A DNA stretch of 60,649 nt, the filler included. It is 4 parts of 4 records of this genome, joined end to end, with 100 filler letters (N's around TTAATTAATTAA, not from the genome) between each part and the next. Parts side by side here need not be neighbours in the genome. Positions count along the whole stretch, not along the records: positions 1 to 24,983 come from DRR723986_13857; positions 25,084 to 47,840 come from DRR723986_13858; 2 more parts are not named here. One strand, given 5' to 3'. Shown piece after piece: positions 13,270 to 25,174 of this stretch (positions within the stretch are counted from its first letter, which is position 1; each line of letters begins with the position of its first letter). The notes under the pieces were generated by a model that saw only the letters and a program-made list of their open reading frames with translations, did not search any database and was not told where the DNA came from. The translations under genes and the position numbers were made by a program.

Positions 13270-13299
13270 AAAAAGGGCGAGGCCAAAGCCACGCCCCTT
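13270..13299 (-). terminator. Intrinsic terminator after typA
   Basis: Minus strand GGGCGTGGC-TTTG-GCCTCGCCC followed by TTTTT. Confidence 0.7.
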
Positions 13300-13343
13300 C
13301 TGGATTTCAAGCACTCATTGGCCAAAGGATGACCGAATGGAAC

Positions 13344-15164
13344 TTATGCTGCGTCTCGGCTTGCTTTCTTGCGCTCATGTTCCTTCAGGAAACGCTTGCG
13401 AATTCGAATACTCTTGGGCGTAATTTCGACCAGTTCATCGTCCGCAATAAACTCAACTGCATATTCCAGATTCAGAGCAATTGGAGGCACCAAACGGACC
13501 GCTTCGTCGGTACCGGACGCGCGCACGTTGGTCAGTTGTTTGCCTTTGATTGGGTTGACGACCAGGTCATTGTCACGGCTGTGAATACCAATCACCATGC
13601 CTTCATACAGGGCTTCACCCGGGGAAACGAACATGCGACCACGGTCTTGCAATTTCCACAAAGCGTAGGCAACTGCATCGCCATCATCCTGAGAAATCAG
13701 AACACCATTGTGACGCTCAGCCAAACCGCCCTCACGAACAGGGGCGTATTGATCAAACACATGGCTGATCAAACCAGTACCACGTGTCATTGTCAGGAAA
13801 TCACCTTGGAAACCAATCAAGCCGCGCGCTGGAATACGGTATTCCAGGCGAACTCGACCTTTGCCATCGGGCGACATGTCGAGCAAATCGCCTTTGCGAC
13901 GACCCAACTCTTCCATGATGGCGCCCTGGTGGGTGTCTTCCACATCCACGGTCAACATTTCATAGGGCTCGCATTTCACCCCGTCAATTTCCTTAAACAC
14001 CACGCGTGGGCGAGACACGGCCAACTCGTAGCCTTCACGGCGCATGTTTTCAAGCAGAATCGTCAGGTGCAATTCACCGCGACCAGACACCTCAAACACA
14101 GTGTCGTCATCGGTGTCTTTGACACGCAAAGCCACATTGCTTTTCAGTTCGCGCTGCAAACGGTCTCGCAATTGGCGACTGGTCACAAACTTGCCTTCGC
14201 GACCTGCCAAAGGCGAGGTGTTCACCATGAAGTTCATGGTCAAGGTGGGTTCATCCACAGTCAAAATTGGCAATGCCTCTGGAGTGTCTGCGGCACACAC
14301 CGTGGTACCGATACCAATCTCTTCAATACCATTAATCAAACAAATATCGCCAGCCTCAGCCTGGTCAACCAGCACACGCTCAAGACCACGGAACTTCAGC
14401 ACCTGATTGATTTTGCCGTTAAATGGTGTACCGTCCGGACCATTCATGCAGACCACCTGCTGACCAGTGCGCACAGTGCCGCGTTTGATTCGGCCAATAC
14501 CGATTTTTCCCACGTAACTGTTGTAATCCAGAGAAGTGATCTGGAATTGCAACGGACCATTGGGATCGTCATCACGCACAGGCACGAATTTCAAAATGGC
14601 CTCGAACAGTGGACGCATGTCACCGTCACGTACATCGGGGGTGTTGCCCGCGTAACCATTCAATCCGGATGCGTAGACAATCGGGAAGTCCAGTTGCTCA
14701 TCGGTTGCACCCAGCTTGTCAAACAGGTCAAAAGTTTGATCGATTACCCAATCCACACGCGCACCGGGGCGGTCCACCTTGTTGACCACCACGATCGGCT
14801 TCAAGCCCAAAGCCAAAGCCTTGCGGGTTACAAAACGCGTCTGGGGCATAGGGCCCTCAACGGCATCCACCAAAAGCAACACCGAATCTACCATCGACAA
14901 CACACGCTCCACTTCACCGCCGAAGTCAGCGTGTCCTGGGGTGTCAACGATGTTGATGTGGGTGCCTTCATATTCAACTGCGCAGTTCTTGGCCAGAATC
15001 GTGATGCCACGTTCCTTTTCAAGGTCGTTGCTGTCCATGACACGTTCTTCGAGTTTTTCGTTCTCGCGGAATGTGCCGGACTGGCGAAGAAGTTGGTCTA
15101 CCAGCGTGGTTTTGCCGTGGTCCACGTGGGCGATAATTGCAACGTTACGTAATGCGCGTGTCAT
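13344..15164 (-). CDS. typA: Translational GTPase TypA/BipA
   Basis: [43 protein letters not shown]. Confidence 0.99.
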   Translation of the reverse strand: MTRALRNVAIIAHVDHGKTTLVDQLLRQSGTFRENEKLEERVMDSNDLEKERGITILAKNCAVEYEGTHINIVDTPGHADFGGEVERVLSMVDSVLLLVDAVEGPMPQTRFVTRKALALGLKPIVVVNKVDRPGARVDWVIDQTFDLFDKLGATDEQLDFPIVYASGLNGYAGNTPDVRDGDMRPLFEAILKFVPVRDDDPNGPLQFQITSLDYNSYVGKIGIGRIKRGTVRTGQQVVCMNGPDGTPFNGKINQVLKFRGLERVLVDQAEAGDICLINGIEEIGIGTTVCAADTPEALPILTVDEPTLTMNFMVNTSPLAGREGKFVTSRQLRDRLQRELKSNVALRVKDTDDDTVFEVSGRGELHLTILLENMRREGYELAVSRPRVVFKEIDGVKCEPYEMLTVDVEDTHQGAIMEELGRRKGDLLDMSPDGKGRVRLEYRIPARGLIGFQGDFLTMTRGTGLISHVFDQYAPVREGGLAERHNGVLISQDDGDAVAYALWKLQDRGRMFVSPGEALYEGMVIGIHSRDNDLVVNPIKGKQLTNVRASGTDEAVRLVPPIALNLEYAVEFIADDELVEITPKSIRIRKRFLKEHERKKASRDAA

Positions 15165-16156
15165 AGATTTACCTGAATCAATCTGTCGGGTCGAAGCAAG
15201 GCGCCCTTCCCATCCGTTTCTAAAATGCCTGTGCCCATAAACTGGGGCTCGCCTTTGAAGGCAATACTGTTCACATCCTGCGCGGAGGCTTCTCCGTACA
15301 CCCGCACCCGCCCTGGTTTGACATTCGTCAAATCCAGTGGCAACCGTTGCCCGTGCGAAAACCGCCGCGCAAACTCATTGTTCAATTCGACTTTGCCCAG
15401 GCTGCCCAACAGGGCGTCTACCGGGAAAAGCACCGCATCCAAAGCGTCAAAGGGGGTTTCCGATTCACCGAGCACTTTGAGTGCTTCCAGGGTGTACGCG
15501 CGTTCCACTTTCAAGTCACCGATTGCGGTTCTGCGCAATTCCGTGAGATAGCCCGCTGTGCCCAAGGCCTTGGCAATGTCCTCGCCCAAGGTGCGCACGT
15601 AGGTGCCTTTGCTGCAATTCACTTCCAGTTCAATAATGCAATGGGCATCATTGTGCTCGAACTTGATGACATCCAATTGATGGATCAACAGGGTTCGAGC
15701 GGGTCTGTCCAATTCAATGCCTTCGCGAGCATACTCGTACAAAGGCTTGCCGTCTTTCTTTAATGCAGAAAACATCGGTGGAATCTGTTGAATTTCTCCA
15801 ACAAACTGCTCACACACCTGCTTTACTTCACGCTCTGTGATGCTTCGAAGGTCACGCGTGCTGACCTCAGTCAATTCGCCCTCGGCGTCACCCGTGTTGC
15901 TGGCATACCCCAAGCGCACCTTGGTGCGATAGGTTTTGCTGGCATCAATCAAATCTGCTGCAAACTTGGTGGCCTCACCAAACATCAGGGGCAGCAGACC
16001 GCTTGCAAGCGGATCCAGCGTGCCCGTGTGTCCGGTTTTTTCAGCCTGGTACAAGCGTTTGACAATTTGCAGGGCCTGATTGGACGAGAAACCAGTTGAT
16101 TTGTCGAACAACAGCACGCCCGACAAGGCACGCTTTTGTCTCTTAATCTCCGCCAC
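15161..16156 (-). CDS. truB: tRNA pseudouridine(55) synthase; start GTG 16156 or ATG 16171
   Basis: [30 protein letters not shown]; position rbfA-truB. Confidence 0.95.
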   Translation of the reverse strand: MAEIKRQKRALSGVLLFDKSTGFSSNQALQIVKRLYQAEKTGHTGTLDPLASGLLPLMFGEATKFAADLIDASKTYRTKVRLGYASNTGDAEGELTEVSTRDLRSITEREVKQVCEQFVGEIQQIPPMFSALKKDGKPLYEYAREGIELDRPARTLLIHQLDVIKFEHNDAHCIIELEVNCSKGTYVRTLGEDIAKALGTAGYLTELRRTAIGDLKVERAYTLEALKVLGESETPFDALDAVLFPVDALLGSLGKVELNNEFARRFSHGQRLPLDLTNVKPGRVRVYGEASAQDVNSIAFKGEPQFMGTGILETDGKGALLRPDRLIQVNL

Positions 16157-16547
16157 CGTCGCCACCACCATCCGAATCTGTGGCACCACCACCCTCGCCT
16201 TTCAGCGCACGGTCGATCATTTGGGACATTTCAGCCCCACGTTCAACGGATTGGTCGTGTTTGAAACGCAAGGTGGGCACGGTGTGAATGTGCAGCTTCT
16301 TGAAAATCAAATTCCGCAAATAACCCGAAGAGTCATTCAAAGCCTCCTCTGTGGTTTCGGCTGAACCCGTCAACACCGAGAAGTACACGGTTGCATAGGC
16401 ATAATCGGGTGTCAGTTCCACATCTGTGATCGTGACGAACCCAAGCCGCGGGTCTCTCAACTCGCGGGGAATCAGCTCAGCCAGGTCTTTCTGGATTTGC
16501 TCAGCAACCCGAATACCTCTGGCTGGTGCTTTTTTCTTGTGACGCAT
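16143..16547 (-). CDS. rbfA: Ribosome-binding factor A
   Basis: RVAEQIQ, DPRLGFVTIT, VPTLRF..D.S. Confidence 0.97.
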   Translation of the reverse strand: MRHKKKAPARGIRVAEQIQKDLAELIPRELRDPRLGFVTITDVELTPDYAYATVYFSVLTGSAETTEEALNDSSGYLRNLIFKKLHIHTVPTLRFKHDQSVERGAEMSQMIDRALKGEGGGATDSDGGGDGGGD

Positions 16548-16574
16548 ACTTTCCTTTTCAAACCCGTACAGCGA

Positions 16575-19400
16575 TTACAGCTGGGTACGGGCCACTTCCT
16601 TCACTTCAAATGCTTCCAGAATGTCGCCAACCTGGATGTCGTCGTAGTTGTGCAGTTGCAAACCACACTCAAAGTTCTGACGCACTTCTTTGGCGTCGTC
16701 TTTGAATCGCTTGAGCGAGGCCAACTGACCTGTCCACACCACCACGTTGTCGCGCAACAAGCGAACGCCAGCACCACGACGGATTACACCGTCGGTCACC
16801 ATACAACCTGCGACTGAACCGACCTTGGAGATCTTGTAAACTTCGCGGATTTCCACGTTGCCGATGATTTCCTCTTTCTTGTCGGGCGTCAGCATGCCGG
16901 TCATGGCCGCCTTGATTTCGTCGACTGCATCATAAATGATGTTGTAGTAACGAATGTCTACGCCGTTGTTCTCGGCAGTTTTCCGGGCGCCCTGATCGGC
17001 TCGAACGTTAAAGCCGATGATGACAGCCTTGGAGGCCACCGCCAGGTTGACATCTGATTCGCTGATGCCACCTACTGCCGCATGCACCACCTGAACCTTG
17101 ACTTCGTCGGTTGACAGCTTCTGCAGGGCATGTGACAGCGCTTCTTGGGAACCCTGTACGTCGGCCTTCAGAATCACAGCCAAACTCTTGACCTCGCCCT
17201 CGGCCATTTGCTCGAACATGTTTTCCAGCTTGGCTGCCTGTTGCTTGGCCAGCTTCACATCGCGGAATTTGCCTTGACGGAACAACGCGATTTCTCGGGC
17301 TTTGCGTTCATCTGGCAACACAATCACTTCTTCACCGGCTGCCGGCACATCGCTCAACCCCTGAATTTCTACGGGGATAGAAGGACCAGCGGAGTCGATG
17401 GAGCGACCGTTTTCATCGACCATTGCACGTACCCGGCCAAATGCCGAACCAGCCAGCACCACATCGCCTTTCTTCAAGGTACCGCTTTGAACCAGCACGG
17501 TAGCCACGGGGCCACGGCCCTTGTCCAAGCGGGATTCAACCACAAGGCCCTTGGCCGGTGCGTCCACCTGCGCTTTCAATTCCATCACTTCGGCTTGCAA
17601 CAACACTTGCTCCAGCAAGTCGTCAATGCCCTTACCGGTTTTCGCCGACACGGGAACCATGGGTGAATCGCCGCCGTATTCTTCGGGAACCACGGAGTGA
17701 GTGATCAATTCCTGCTTCACGCGTTCAGGGTTGGCATCGGGTTTATCGATTTTGTTGATCGCCACCACCAAAGGCACATTGGCTGCTTTGGCATGGTGAA
17801 TCGCTTCAATGGTTTGAGGCATCACGCCGTCATCGGCGGACACGACCAGAATCACAATATCGGTTGCCTTGGCACCACGGGCACGCATGGCGGTGAACGC
17901 CTCGTGACCTGGCGTATCCAGGAAGGTAATCATGCCGCGTTCAGTTTCAACGTGATAGGCACCAATGTGTTGTGTAATGCCACCTGCTTCGCCAGATGCA
18001 ACCTTCGCGCTACGGATGTAATCGAGCAACGATGTTTTACCATGGTCAACGTGACCCATCACGGTCACCACGGGTGCTCGGGGCACAGAGGGCGCCTCGG
18101 AATGCGCAACACCTGCTTCTTCGATCATGGCTTCAGGATCGTCCAGCTTGGCTGCAATGGCACGGTGACCCAATTCCTCGGTCACAATCATCGCGGTGTC
18201 TTGGTCAAGCACCTGGTTAATAGTGACCATCTGGCCCATCTTCATCAGACACTTGATCACCTCGGCAGCCTTCACCGACATTTTGTGGGCAAGATCGGCC
18301 ACGGTGATGGTCTCTGGCACGTGAACATCACGAACCACGGGCTCAGTGGGCTGGTTGAAATTGCTTTGTTCCTGGCTGTGGCGATTGTTTTTGCCTTTGG
18401 GGCCCTTCCAGCCACCTGCGCCAGTGCGGCCAACACCGGTTTCACCGCGTGTTTTCAAGCCACCACGGCGGCGGCCAGGTTCTTCTTTCGCGCCAGCAGC
18501 GCGAACACCCTTGCGACCACGCTCTCCAACATCATCATCGCCAGCCACTACAATTTTTTCAGGCTTTTTGATTGTTGCGGCAGGCTTGGGCGGTTCAACC
18601 GGCTCTTCAGCCTTCATCACCTTGGCGGGCTGGGACATCATGCGGTTAATAGCCGCCACTTCGGCTTCAGCAGCCTTGCGTGCACGTTCCTGATTTGCAC
18701 TGGCTTTTGCTGCATCCTCGGCCGCTTTTTTGGCTTTTTGCTCAGCTTTCAATGCATCGGCGGCACGCTGTTCGCGTGCTTTGGCCTCTTCGGCACGTGC
18801 TGCTTGTGCCGCTTCATCCTTGGCATCGGTTTCTTCCTCAGCCTTGGCGGGCTTCTCGCTTTCCGCTTTCGCCTGTTCTACAGCCTCGTGGGCAAGACGT
18901 TCTTCTTCGGCGCGCTGGCGGGCCTCTTCCTGAAGCTTCAACTCACGCTCGCGCTCTTGCTCAAGCTTGGCCTGTTTTTCTTTCAGTTCGGCTTCCTGGC
19001 GTGCCTTCAACTCAGCCTGGCGCTGCGCCTCGGCATCACGACGCGCTTGCTCCGCAGGATCAAGCTGGGCCTCCATGACGGGCTCGCTTTCACCAGCCTT
19101 CTCGGCGCGCTGAACAAACACGCGCTTCTTGCGCACTTCAACCTGCACTGTGCGCGCGCGGCCACCAGGGCCAGCCTGTTTGATTTCACTGGTCTGCTTG
19201 CGGGTGAGGGTAATTTTCTTCTGACCGCTTTCAGATCCGTGCGCCTTTCTCAGGCTTTCCAAAAGTTTTCCCTTGTCCGCTTCAGTAACTGCATCTGCCT
19301 CAGAAGTTTTGCTCACGCCCGCAGACTTCAACTGCTCCAAAAGAACATCGGCGGGCATTTTCAACTCTGCTGCAAACTGTGCGACTGTGGTACTGGTCAT
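16575..19400 (-). CDS. infB: Translation initiation factor IF-2
   Basis: [42 protein letters not shown]. Confidence 0.99.
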   Translation of the reverse strand: MTSTTVAQFAAELKMPADVLLEQLKSAGVSKTSEADAVTEADKGKLLESLRKAHGSESGQKKITLTRKQTSEIKQAGPGGRARTVQVEVRKKRVFVQRAEKAGESEPVMEAQLDPAEQARRDAEAQRQAELKARQEAELKEKQAKLEQERERELKLQEEARQRAEEERLAHEAVEQAKAESEKPAKAEEETDAKDEAAQAARAEEAKAREQRAADALKAEQKAKKAAEDAAKASANQERARKAAEAEVAAINRMMSQPAKVMKAEEPVEPPKPAATIKKPEKIVVAGDDDVGERGRKGVRAAGAKEEPGRRRGGLKTRGETGVGRTGAGGWKGPKGKNNRHSQEQSNFNQPTEPVVRDVHVPETITVADLAHKMSVKAAEVIKCLMKMGQMVTINQVLDQDTAMIVTEELGHRAIAAKLDDPEAMIEEAGVAHSEAPSVPRAPVVTVMGHVDHGKTSLLDYIRSAKVASGEAGGITQHIGAYHVETERGMITFLDTPGHEAFTAMRARGAKATDIVILVVSADDGVMPQTIEAIHHAKAANVPLVVAINKIDKPDANPERVKQELITHSVVPEEYGGDSPMVPVSAKTGKGIDDLLEQVLLQAEVMELKAQVDAPAKGLVVESRLDKGRGPVATVLVQSGTLKKGDVVLAGSAFGRVRAMVDENGRSIDSAGPSIPVEIQGLSDVPAAGEEVIVLPDERKAREIALFRQGKFRDVKLAKQQAAKLENMFEQMAEGEVKSLAVILKADVQGSQEALSHALQKLSTDEVKVQVVHAAVGGISESDVNLAVASKAVIIGFNVRADQGARKTAENNGVDIRYYNIIYDAVDEIKAAMTGMLTPDKKEEIIGNVEIREVYKISKVGSVAGCMVTDGVIRRGAGVRLLRDNVVVWTGQLASLKRFKDDAKEVRQNFECGLQLHNYDDIQVGDILEAFEVKEVARTQL

Positions 19401-19472
19401 CTACTATTCCTTCAAATTCCCTTGCTGACCGGGCCGAGTGACCCGATTCGACTCTACTTAATTCGGTTTGTA

Positions 19473-20942
19473 TTATTCAAACCAGTGTGCTCGCGCTTTC
19501 ATAATGATGTCACGGGCACGGTCTTCTTCAATTCCTGCAATTTCAACCAATTCATCCACTGCCAATTCGGCCAGACCTTCACGGTCAGAAATCTCAGCAG
19601 CTGCCAACTTGCCAACCAGGTCGGCATCCACGCCTTCGATGGACATCAAATCGCCCGCACCCTCTACCATTTCCTCTCGGGCAATTGCCTCAGTCAACAA
19701 TGCATTGCGAGCGCGGGTTCGTAGTTCTTCAACGGTATCCGCGTCAAATGCTTCAATTTCCTGCATTTCAGCGATAGGCACGTAGGCCACTTCCTCAAGA
19801 CCGGTGAAGCCCTCTTCGATCAGAATGTTGGCCACTTCCTCGTCCACATCCAGCTTGCTGGTAAACAATTCACGCAATTTGCCGATTTCTTCTTCGGAAC
19901 GCTTGGCCGACTCTTCGGGTGTCATGATGTTGATTTGCCAGCCGGTGAGGTCGGAGGCCAATCGCACGTTCTGACCACTGCGACCAATGGCTTGCGCCAG
20001 CTCAGCTTCGTCCACCACCACTTCCATCACGTGCTGGTCTTCATCCACCACAATGGATTGAACAGTGGCAGGCGACAAAGCACCGATTACAAATTGGGCT
20101 GGGTCTTCAGACCACAACACGATGTCCACACGTTCGCCACCCAGCTCTTGGGTAACGGCCTGAACACGCGAACCACGCACGCCCACACAAGTACCGATTG
20201 GATCAATACGACGGTCGTGAGCCAACACGGCAATTTTGGCGCGCATGCCAGGATCGCGGGCAGCGCCCTTGATTTCAAGGTGGCCTTGTTCAATTTCAGG
20301 TACTTCCATGGCGAACAAAGCCTTGATGAACTCAGGCGAAGTGCGTGACAAAATGACTTGCTGGCCACGGGCCATGCGATCAACCTTCCACAGGTAGGCG
20401 CGAACACGGTCACCAGGACGCAGGCTTTCACGGGGAATCATTTGATCCCGGGGCAAACGGGCTTCAATGCGGCCACTTTCAACAATGGCGTCACCACGCT
20501 CCATGCGCTTAACCTGACCAATCACGATTTTGTCGCCACGGTCGAGGAAGTCTTGCAGGATCTGCTCGCGCTCGGCGTCGCGAACGCGCTGCAAAATAAC
20601 CTGCTTGGCTGCTTGTGCACCAATTCGGCCAAACTCAACAGGCTCAAGTTCTTCTTCGATGAAGTCGCCCATTTCGGCTTCGGCATCGTGTTTCAAGGCT
20701 TGATCGAGAACCATTTGGTAGGCGGGATCGTAGAAATCTTCTTCCGTGACTACTTCCCAACGGCGGAAAGTGTCGTAGTCGCCCGTGTCGCGGTCGATAG
20801 ACACGCGGACATCCACTTCTTCATCGAAGCGCTTCTTGGTTGCGGAAGCCAATGCCAATTCGAGCGCACCAAAGACGATGTCTTTGTCCACATTCTTTTC
20901 GCGCGCCAACGCATCAACTAATAAAAGCAACTCACGGCTCAT
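19473..20942 (-). CDS. nusA: Transcription termination/antitermination factor NusA
   Basis: [14 protein letters not shown]1/KH domains, [20 protein letters not shown]. Confidence 0.99.
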   Translation of the reverse strand: MSRELLLLVDALAREKNVDKDIVFGALELALASATKKRFDEEVDVRVSIDRDTGDYDTFRRWEVVTEEDFYDPAYQMVLDQALKHDAEAEMGDFIEEELEPVEFGRIGAQAAKQVILQRVRDAEREQILQDFLDRGDKIVIGQVKRMERGDAIVESGRIEARLPRDQMIPRESLRPGDRVRAYLWKVDRMARGQQVILSRTSPEFIKALFAMEVPEIEQGHLEIKGAARDPGMRAKIAVLAHDRRIDPIGTCVGVRGSRVQAVTQELGGERVDIVLWSEDPAQFVIGALSPATVQSIVVDEDQHVMEVVVDEAELAQAIGRSGQNVRLASDLTGWQINIMTPEESAKRSEEEIGKLRELFTSKLDVDEEVANILIEEGFTGLEEVAYVPIAEMQEIEAFDADTVEELRTRARNALLTEAIAREEMVEGAGDLMSIEGVDADLVGKLAAAEISDREGLAELAVDELVEIAGIEEDRARDIIMKARAHWFE

Positions 20943-20952
20943 TCCAGGGCTC

Positions 20953-21468
20953 CTAAAACTTTAGATGGGGGACCAGACGGGCACCCGCCAAATCAGTTAT
21001 TTCAAAATCAAGCAAGTAGGGTTCGGCATTTTTACCATCCGGTGTCACCAGGACACCCCAGGTTTGCTCTTTGCCTTTTTGCAATACACCTTTGAACTGT
21101 TTTTGATTGTTGATGGCCCGTTTGAATTTCAGGGACACCTCTTGATCCAAAAACCGCTCGAAATCTTTTTTGCGACGTAACACGCGATCAACACCCGGCG
21201 AGGAAATCTCGAGCCGTTCGTAGTTGACGTTTTCGACGGTGAACAGGTGGGTAAGCTGGTGGCTGACCTTCTCGCAATCTTCGACTGTGACGCCAGTGGG
21301 TGAATCGATCATGATGCGCAACAGGCCATTGCCCTCGCGCTCAATGTCAGCCACTTCAAGGCCAAGCGATGAGATCACGGCGTCCGCTTCAGCAACCCAC
21401 GACTCTGACCACACGCCAGACCATGAATTGCCAACAAATTCTTCAGGATTGATCACTTCGCCTTTCAA
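20953..21468 (-). CDS. rimP: Ribosome maturation factor RimP (start uncertain)
   Basis: [26 protein letters not shown]; first gene of the nusA-infB operon. Confidence 0.95.
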   Translation of the reverse strand: MKGEVINPEEFVGNSWSGVWSESWVAEADAVISSLGLEVADIEREGNGLLRIMIDSPTGVTVEDCEKVSHQLTHLFTVENVNYERLEISSPGVDRVLRRKKDFERFLDQEVSLKFKRAINNQKQFKGVLQKGKEQTWGVLVTPDGKNAEPYLLDFEITDLAGARLVPHLKF

Positions 21469-21549
21469 CGTTCTTAACCTTTACTTGTGTATTCGCTTCG
21501 CTTGTTCACTTCATTTGCCTGCTCATTGGCACACCAAAACCGCCGTGCC

Positions 21550-21574
21550 AAAAAAAAATGGGCCTGTAAGCCCA
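21550..21574 (-). terminator. rimP-leader terminator/attenuator
   Basis: TGGGC-TTACAG-GCCCA followed by T9 on the minus strand, between the promoter and rimP. Confidence 0.75.
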
Positions 21575-21621
21575 CTTCATTTGAGACACCCTTTTTGGAG
21601 TGGGCGCTCAGGCAGCCTCAG

Positions 21622-21650
21622 AGAATAACCGAAACTGCCTTTATTTTCAA
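21622..21650 (-). promoter_or_regulatory. sigma70 promoter for rimP-nusA-infB
   Basis: TTGAAA-N17-TATTCT. Confidence 0.65.
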
Positions 21651-21670
21651 GTAATTTCCGGTGCGGGAAA

Positions 21671-23038
21671 CTACGCGGCTGGTGCCTTTCGGCGTCTGCG
21701 CTGCTGGGGTTTCTGGGCTGCACCATTCCCACCCTCATTGCCACGCCCCGGACCACGCCCAGCCGAAGGGCCGCCAGACCGAGGACCGGCATTGCGAGGC
21801 CCTGAGGGGCGCTTACCCGCACCCGCAAACTTGCCAGCGGGGGCCGAGCCGTTGCCATTGGCACCAGCCCTGTTGCCGTTTCGATCACCGCCATTGCGCC
21901 GGGCTGAACCGCCCGCGGAGGACAAATTGTTCTGGTTACTCAAAGCAGCGGCGGCCGCAGCACCAGACACGGTCAGGTAGGTTTGTGTTGGGGTCGTGAA
22001 TGCCAAGCCGGGATCGATCAGGGGTTGACCGTTGCGCCGCTTGTTGTTTTTTGAGCCGATGTTCTTCTTGTCCCGACGAATGGCACCTTCTTGGGCAGAC
22101 TCATCCACCTTCAAGCCCAACGATTGCATGTAGGACATGGCCTCAAGTGCTTCCATTTCCATATGACGCCCTCGCTTCAGGGTGGAAGGCATCAGGATGT
22201 CACCAAAACGTGTGCGAATCAGGCGGCTTACGGTCAGGTTACAAGCCTCAAACATGCGGCGAACCTCTCGGTTGCGACCTTCTTTCAGACCCACTTTGTA
22301 CCAGCGGTTGGCACCCTCCCCGCCTGCTGCATCCACATAGAGAAACTTGGCAGGACCGTCTTCAAGCTGAATACCGGTCAGCAACTGCTGGCGCTGCTCC
22401 TCAGTAAGTTCGCCGAGAATGCGCACAGCGTACTCACGCTGAACTTCATATCGAGGGTGCATGAGGCGATTGGCCAACTCGCCCGAAGAGGTGAACAACA
22501 ACAAACCTTCGGTGTTGTAATCCAACCTTCCCACGGCGATCCACTTGCCATTCGAAATTTTCGGAAGCTTTTGAAATACGGTGGTACGCCCTTGGGGGTC
22601 GTCCATGGACACAATTTCACCGGCAGGTTTGTGATAAATGAGTACCCGGGGTGGCTTGGACTTGTTTTTGCGCTGAATCAACTTGCCGTTGACACGCACC
22701 TGGTCGGTGGGCAACACGCGTTGGCCCAAGTGGGCCGGCTCAGCATTGACCGAAACTCGACCTGCGACAATCAGTTCTTCCATTTCACGGCGAGAGCCCA
22801 TGCCGGAATCAGCCAGCACCTTGTGCAACTTGGGTGCCAGTTCAGGGTCCAGCCGCACATTCAGCTTGCTGCGATTCTTGCTTGCGCCGCCACTCTCTTC
22901 GGACTTCAGGCCTTCGACCTGATCCAGCACCTCTCCCCATTCCAGGTCATGGCTTTCACTGTCGATGCTGACAGCCGCCTGCTCGGGAATCGGGTTGCTG
23001 TCGAGTGTTTCAGTTGCTTTGCGCTTGTTGGTTCTCAT
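21671..23038 (-). CDS. rluB: 23S rRNA pseudouridine(2605) synthase RluB with long Arg/Gly-rich tail
   Basis: S4 domain [36 protein letters not shown] 23038 overlaps the scpB 3' end. Confidence 0.9.
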   Translation of the reverse strand: MRTNKRKATETLDSNPIPEQAAVSIDSESHDLEWGEVLDQVEGLKSEESGGASKNRSKLNVRLDPELAPKLHKVLADSGMGSRREMEELIVAGRVSVNAEPAHLGQRVLPTDQVRVNGKLIQRKNKSKPPRVLIYHKPAGEIVSMDDPQGRTTVFQKLPKISNGKWIAVGRLDYNTEGLLLFTSSGELANRLMHPRYEVQREYAVRILGELTEEQRQQLLTGIQLEDGPAKFLYVDAAGGEGANRWYKVGLKEGRNREVRRMFEACNLTVSRLIRTRFGDILMPSTLKRGRHMEMEALEAMSYMQSLGLKVDESAQEGAIRRDKKNIGSKNNKRRNGQPLIDPGLAFTTPTQTYLTVSGAAAAAALSNQNNLSSAGGSARRNGGDRNGNRAGANGNGSAPAGKFAGAGKRPSGPRNAGPRSGGPSAGRGPGRGNEGGNGAAQKPQQRRRRKAPAA

Positions 23039-23624
23039 CGTTTTCCGCTGTTTCGCTGTCATCCAGATCAAATGGAATGACTTTCTGTAATTCATCAGCC
23101 AGCTGTTGGTCTTTTTCGTCGTCCAGTGCTGGCAAGTCACTAAGGCTGGCCAAATTCAAGTCAGCCAAAAACTGGGGCGTGGTTGCCCACAGTGCTGGAC
23201 GCCCCGGCGCATCGCGGTGGCCGATTGACTCAATCCAGCCTCGGTCTTCGAGCGCCTTCATCACTTGGGTAGACACAGTGACCCCACGAATGGACTCGAT
23301 GTCGCCCCGGGTAACCGGCTGCTTGTAGGCAATAATTGCCAGGGTTTCCATGGTTGCCCTCGAGTACTTCGGAGGCTTCTCGGGATTCATTTGTTCGAGG
23401 TAACGTTTAACGTCCTCGCGGGTTTGGAAACGCCAGCCCGTTTTAACTTGCACTAGCTCCAGGCCCTTGTGGGTCCAGTCTCGACGCAGGTCTTCCAGTA
23501 AAGTGGTGACCACGGATGCATCAAAGGCATCATCGAACAGGCGCATCAATTCCTTGACGGCAATGGGCTCGACCGAACACAGCAATGCTGCTTCTAATAT
23601 GTTTTTAGCGCGCTGGGGATCCAT
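23010..23624 (-). CDS. scpB: SMC-Scp complex subunit ScpB
   Basis: [40 protein letters not shown]. Confidence 0.96.
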   Translation of the reverse strand: MDPQRAKNILEAALLCSVEPIAVKELMRLFDDAFDASVVTTLLEDLRRDWTHKGLELVQVKTGWRFQTREDVKRYLEQMNPEKPPKYSRATMETLAIIAYKQPVTRGDIESIRGVTVSTQVMKALEDRGWIESIGHRDAPGRPALWATTPQFLADLNLASLSDLPALDDEKDQQLADELQKVIPFDLDDSETAENDENQQAQSN

Positions 23625-23782
23625 CCAGGCGGACTCACTTAAAGAAATTCAGGTGTTGATAGGGAAATAGTGCCGATTGGTCCTGCAGGCCGATGTGGCT
23701 GTTGCCAGCGGGGTGCAGGGGCGCAGCGTGAAACGAGTTGCGCGACAGGCATTTTATAAACCGATGGCGCATTGTAACCACG

Positions 23783-24053
23783 TTATCCACCGCTCAGCAA
23801 CCACTTGATCACACAATTAATTTCAAAAAAAACGGCTCACCGAGGCAAGCCGTATCTAAAAGTAACCCACGGAGGGTCGGAGACAATCCTAGGTTGCCGG
23901 AACAAAGTGCACCGAACATCCCCATTGCGGCTTACCCCGAAGCTTATGGAACTTATCCACACTGGGCGGGGAAAACCCTTCCTATTCACTGTGGATAAAA
24001 TTTTCAGCCTGTTGATTTTGTGCAGTTTTTGGTTGGTTGATTAAAAACTGAGC
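23783..24053. promoter_or_regulatory. DnaA-box cluster with adjacent IHF-like and Fis-like sites
   Basis: TTATCCACC 23783-91; perfect TTATCCACA 23953-61; degenerate CGGGGAAAA 23967-75; perfect TGTGGATAA 23990-98; IHF-like 24005-17; Fis consensus GATTAAAAACTGAGC 24039-53. Confidence 0.7.
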
Positions 24054-24085
24054 ATGGGCTCTAGAGGCCATCAACGCTTGCTATT

Positions 24086-24301
24086 TCAGCTTTCCCAGCG
24101 ATAGCCAACACCCGCTTGGCGGATGCGGTTCCAGATGGCCTCTTTCTCTTCATCGCTTTTGAACAGCCAACCATCGACCTCATCAAGGGTGCGACCGCAA
24201 CCCATGCAAATGTCATCTCCAAGGTTGGTTGAACAAAAACCCACGCAAGGGGTATCGGCTTCTGGCCACACTGGCAGGTTGGCGTATTCAGGTTTTGACA
24301 T
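24086..24301 (-). CDS. DUF1289 small Cys-rich protein
   Basis: TPCVGFCS....D.C.GCGRTLDEV..W signature. Confidence 0.88.
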   Translation of the reverse strand: MSKPEYANLPVWPEADTPCVGFCSTNLGDDICMGCGRTLDEVDGWLFKSDEEKEAIWNRIRQAGVGYRWES

Positions 24302-24310
24302 GATGCTGCT

Positions 24311-24805
24311 TTAGTTGGAGTTGGGACGGTACTGCTTCTTCAAGCGAATATAGAGCACTTTGGTGACGTGTGCGACAACCGAGCCATCGGCGTGGATGAT
24401 GTCGGTCTCGAAGGTGTGCAAAACTTTTTCTCCGGTGGCCGCTTTGGCTTTGATTTCTTCCAGTGTTCGATCATCGACCTGATACACGCCTTTGACCAAG
24501 GCATTGCCGGGCGCAATGAAACGAATGTTGGCCTCTTGATCCCACACATGGTAGCGACTGCCCAAGCGCTTCATGAGAATGAGCATGTAGAAGGGATCGG
24601 CCATGGCATACAGCGAACCGCCAAACTGCGTACCCATGATGTTCTTGTTGCGACGCGTGAGTGGCATGTGCACTTCGACTTCTTCGAAATTGGCGCTAAT
24701 GTGATGTACATGAATGCCCGCTCCGCGCAAAGGTGCGTAAAAATTCATGGCCCTGCGCATGAATTCGGGCTTGTCAGAGAGGTTTTTCAGAAATTTTTTA
24801 AACAT
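24311..24805 (-). CDS. DUF4442/YiiD-C hotdog-fold thioesterase-like protein
   Basis: GAGIHV, N.MGTQFGGSLYAMADPFYM, VWDQ.A.I.F..PG. Confidence 0.85.
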   Translation of the reverse strand: MFKKFLKNLSDKPEFMRRAMNFYAPLRGAGIHVHHISANFEEVEVHMPLTRRNKNIMGTQFGGSLYAMADPFYMLILMKRLGSRYHVWDQEANIRFIAPGNALVKGVYQVDDRTLEEIKAKAATGEKVLHTFETDIIHADGSVVAHVTKVLYIRLKKQYRPNSN

Positions 24806-24888
24806 TTTTTGCTGCGAGTTTTTCTTGTGGTTTCAGTAGGATAAAGGTTTTTAAGCCGCGGTTTAGGCGTTTGCATGCGTTTGTGCAC

Positions 24889-24917
24889 TTGCACACAAGG
24901 TAAAAACCCGCTATAGT
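24889..24917 (+). promoter_or_regulatory. sigma70 promoter of tRNA-fMet
   Basis: TTGCAC-N17-TATAGT, 15 nt before the tRNA. Confidence 0.7.
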
Positions 24918-24932
24918 TTCGTTCTTACCAGA

Positions 24933-24983
24933 CGCGGGGTGGAGCAGTCTGGCAGCTCGTCGGGCTCATAACCCGAAGGTCGT
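24933..24983 (+). tRNA. Initiator tRNA-fMet (CAT), 5' part; truncated by the contig end
   Basis: CGCGGGGTGGAGCAGTCTGGCAGCTCGTCGGGCTCATAACCCGAAGGTCGT: 5' C, three G-C pairs in the anticodon stem, CAT anticodon. Confidence 0.95.
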
Positions 24984-25083
24984 NNNNNNNNNNNNNNNNN
25001 NNNNNNNNNNNNNNNNNNNNNNNNNNNTTAATTAATTAANNNNNNNNNNNNNNNNNNNNNNNNNNNNNNNNNNNNNNNNNNNN
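24984..25083. other. Artificial contig linker
   Basis: 44 N + TTAATTAATTAA (stops in all six frames) + 44 N. Confidence 0.98.
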
Positions 25084-25174
25084 ACTGAAGTCTACGAGAA
25101 ACTGAGCTCAGTTGCCAAGGCGAACCACCGCCATCCCGCGCATTGTGGCTCGACTTTGCCCGATTCAAGACTGA

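Noticed and set aside
13329-15152. 607-aa plus-strand ORF antisense to typA
   Set aside because: Codon-register shadow of a highly biased gene; no recognisable motifs.
17697-19724. 675-aa ORF antisense to infB/nusA
   Set aside because: Shadow ORF; its Leu/Phe-rich text is the complement of IF-2 Glu/Lys codons.
23010-23624. scpB without an adjacent scpA
   Set aside because: scpB-rluB with scpA encoded elsewhere is a familiar Burkholderiales arrangement; absence cannot be judged from one contig.
23783-24053. Calling the DnaA-box cluster oriC
   Set aside because: No origin-linked genes and no clear DUE repeats; kept as a non-origin DnaA element instead.
25028-25039. TTAATTAATTAA palindrome recurring three times
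   Set aside because: Synthetic six-frame stop linker, not biological.
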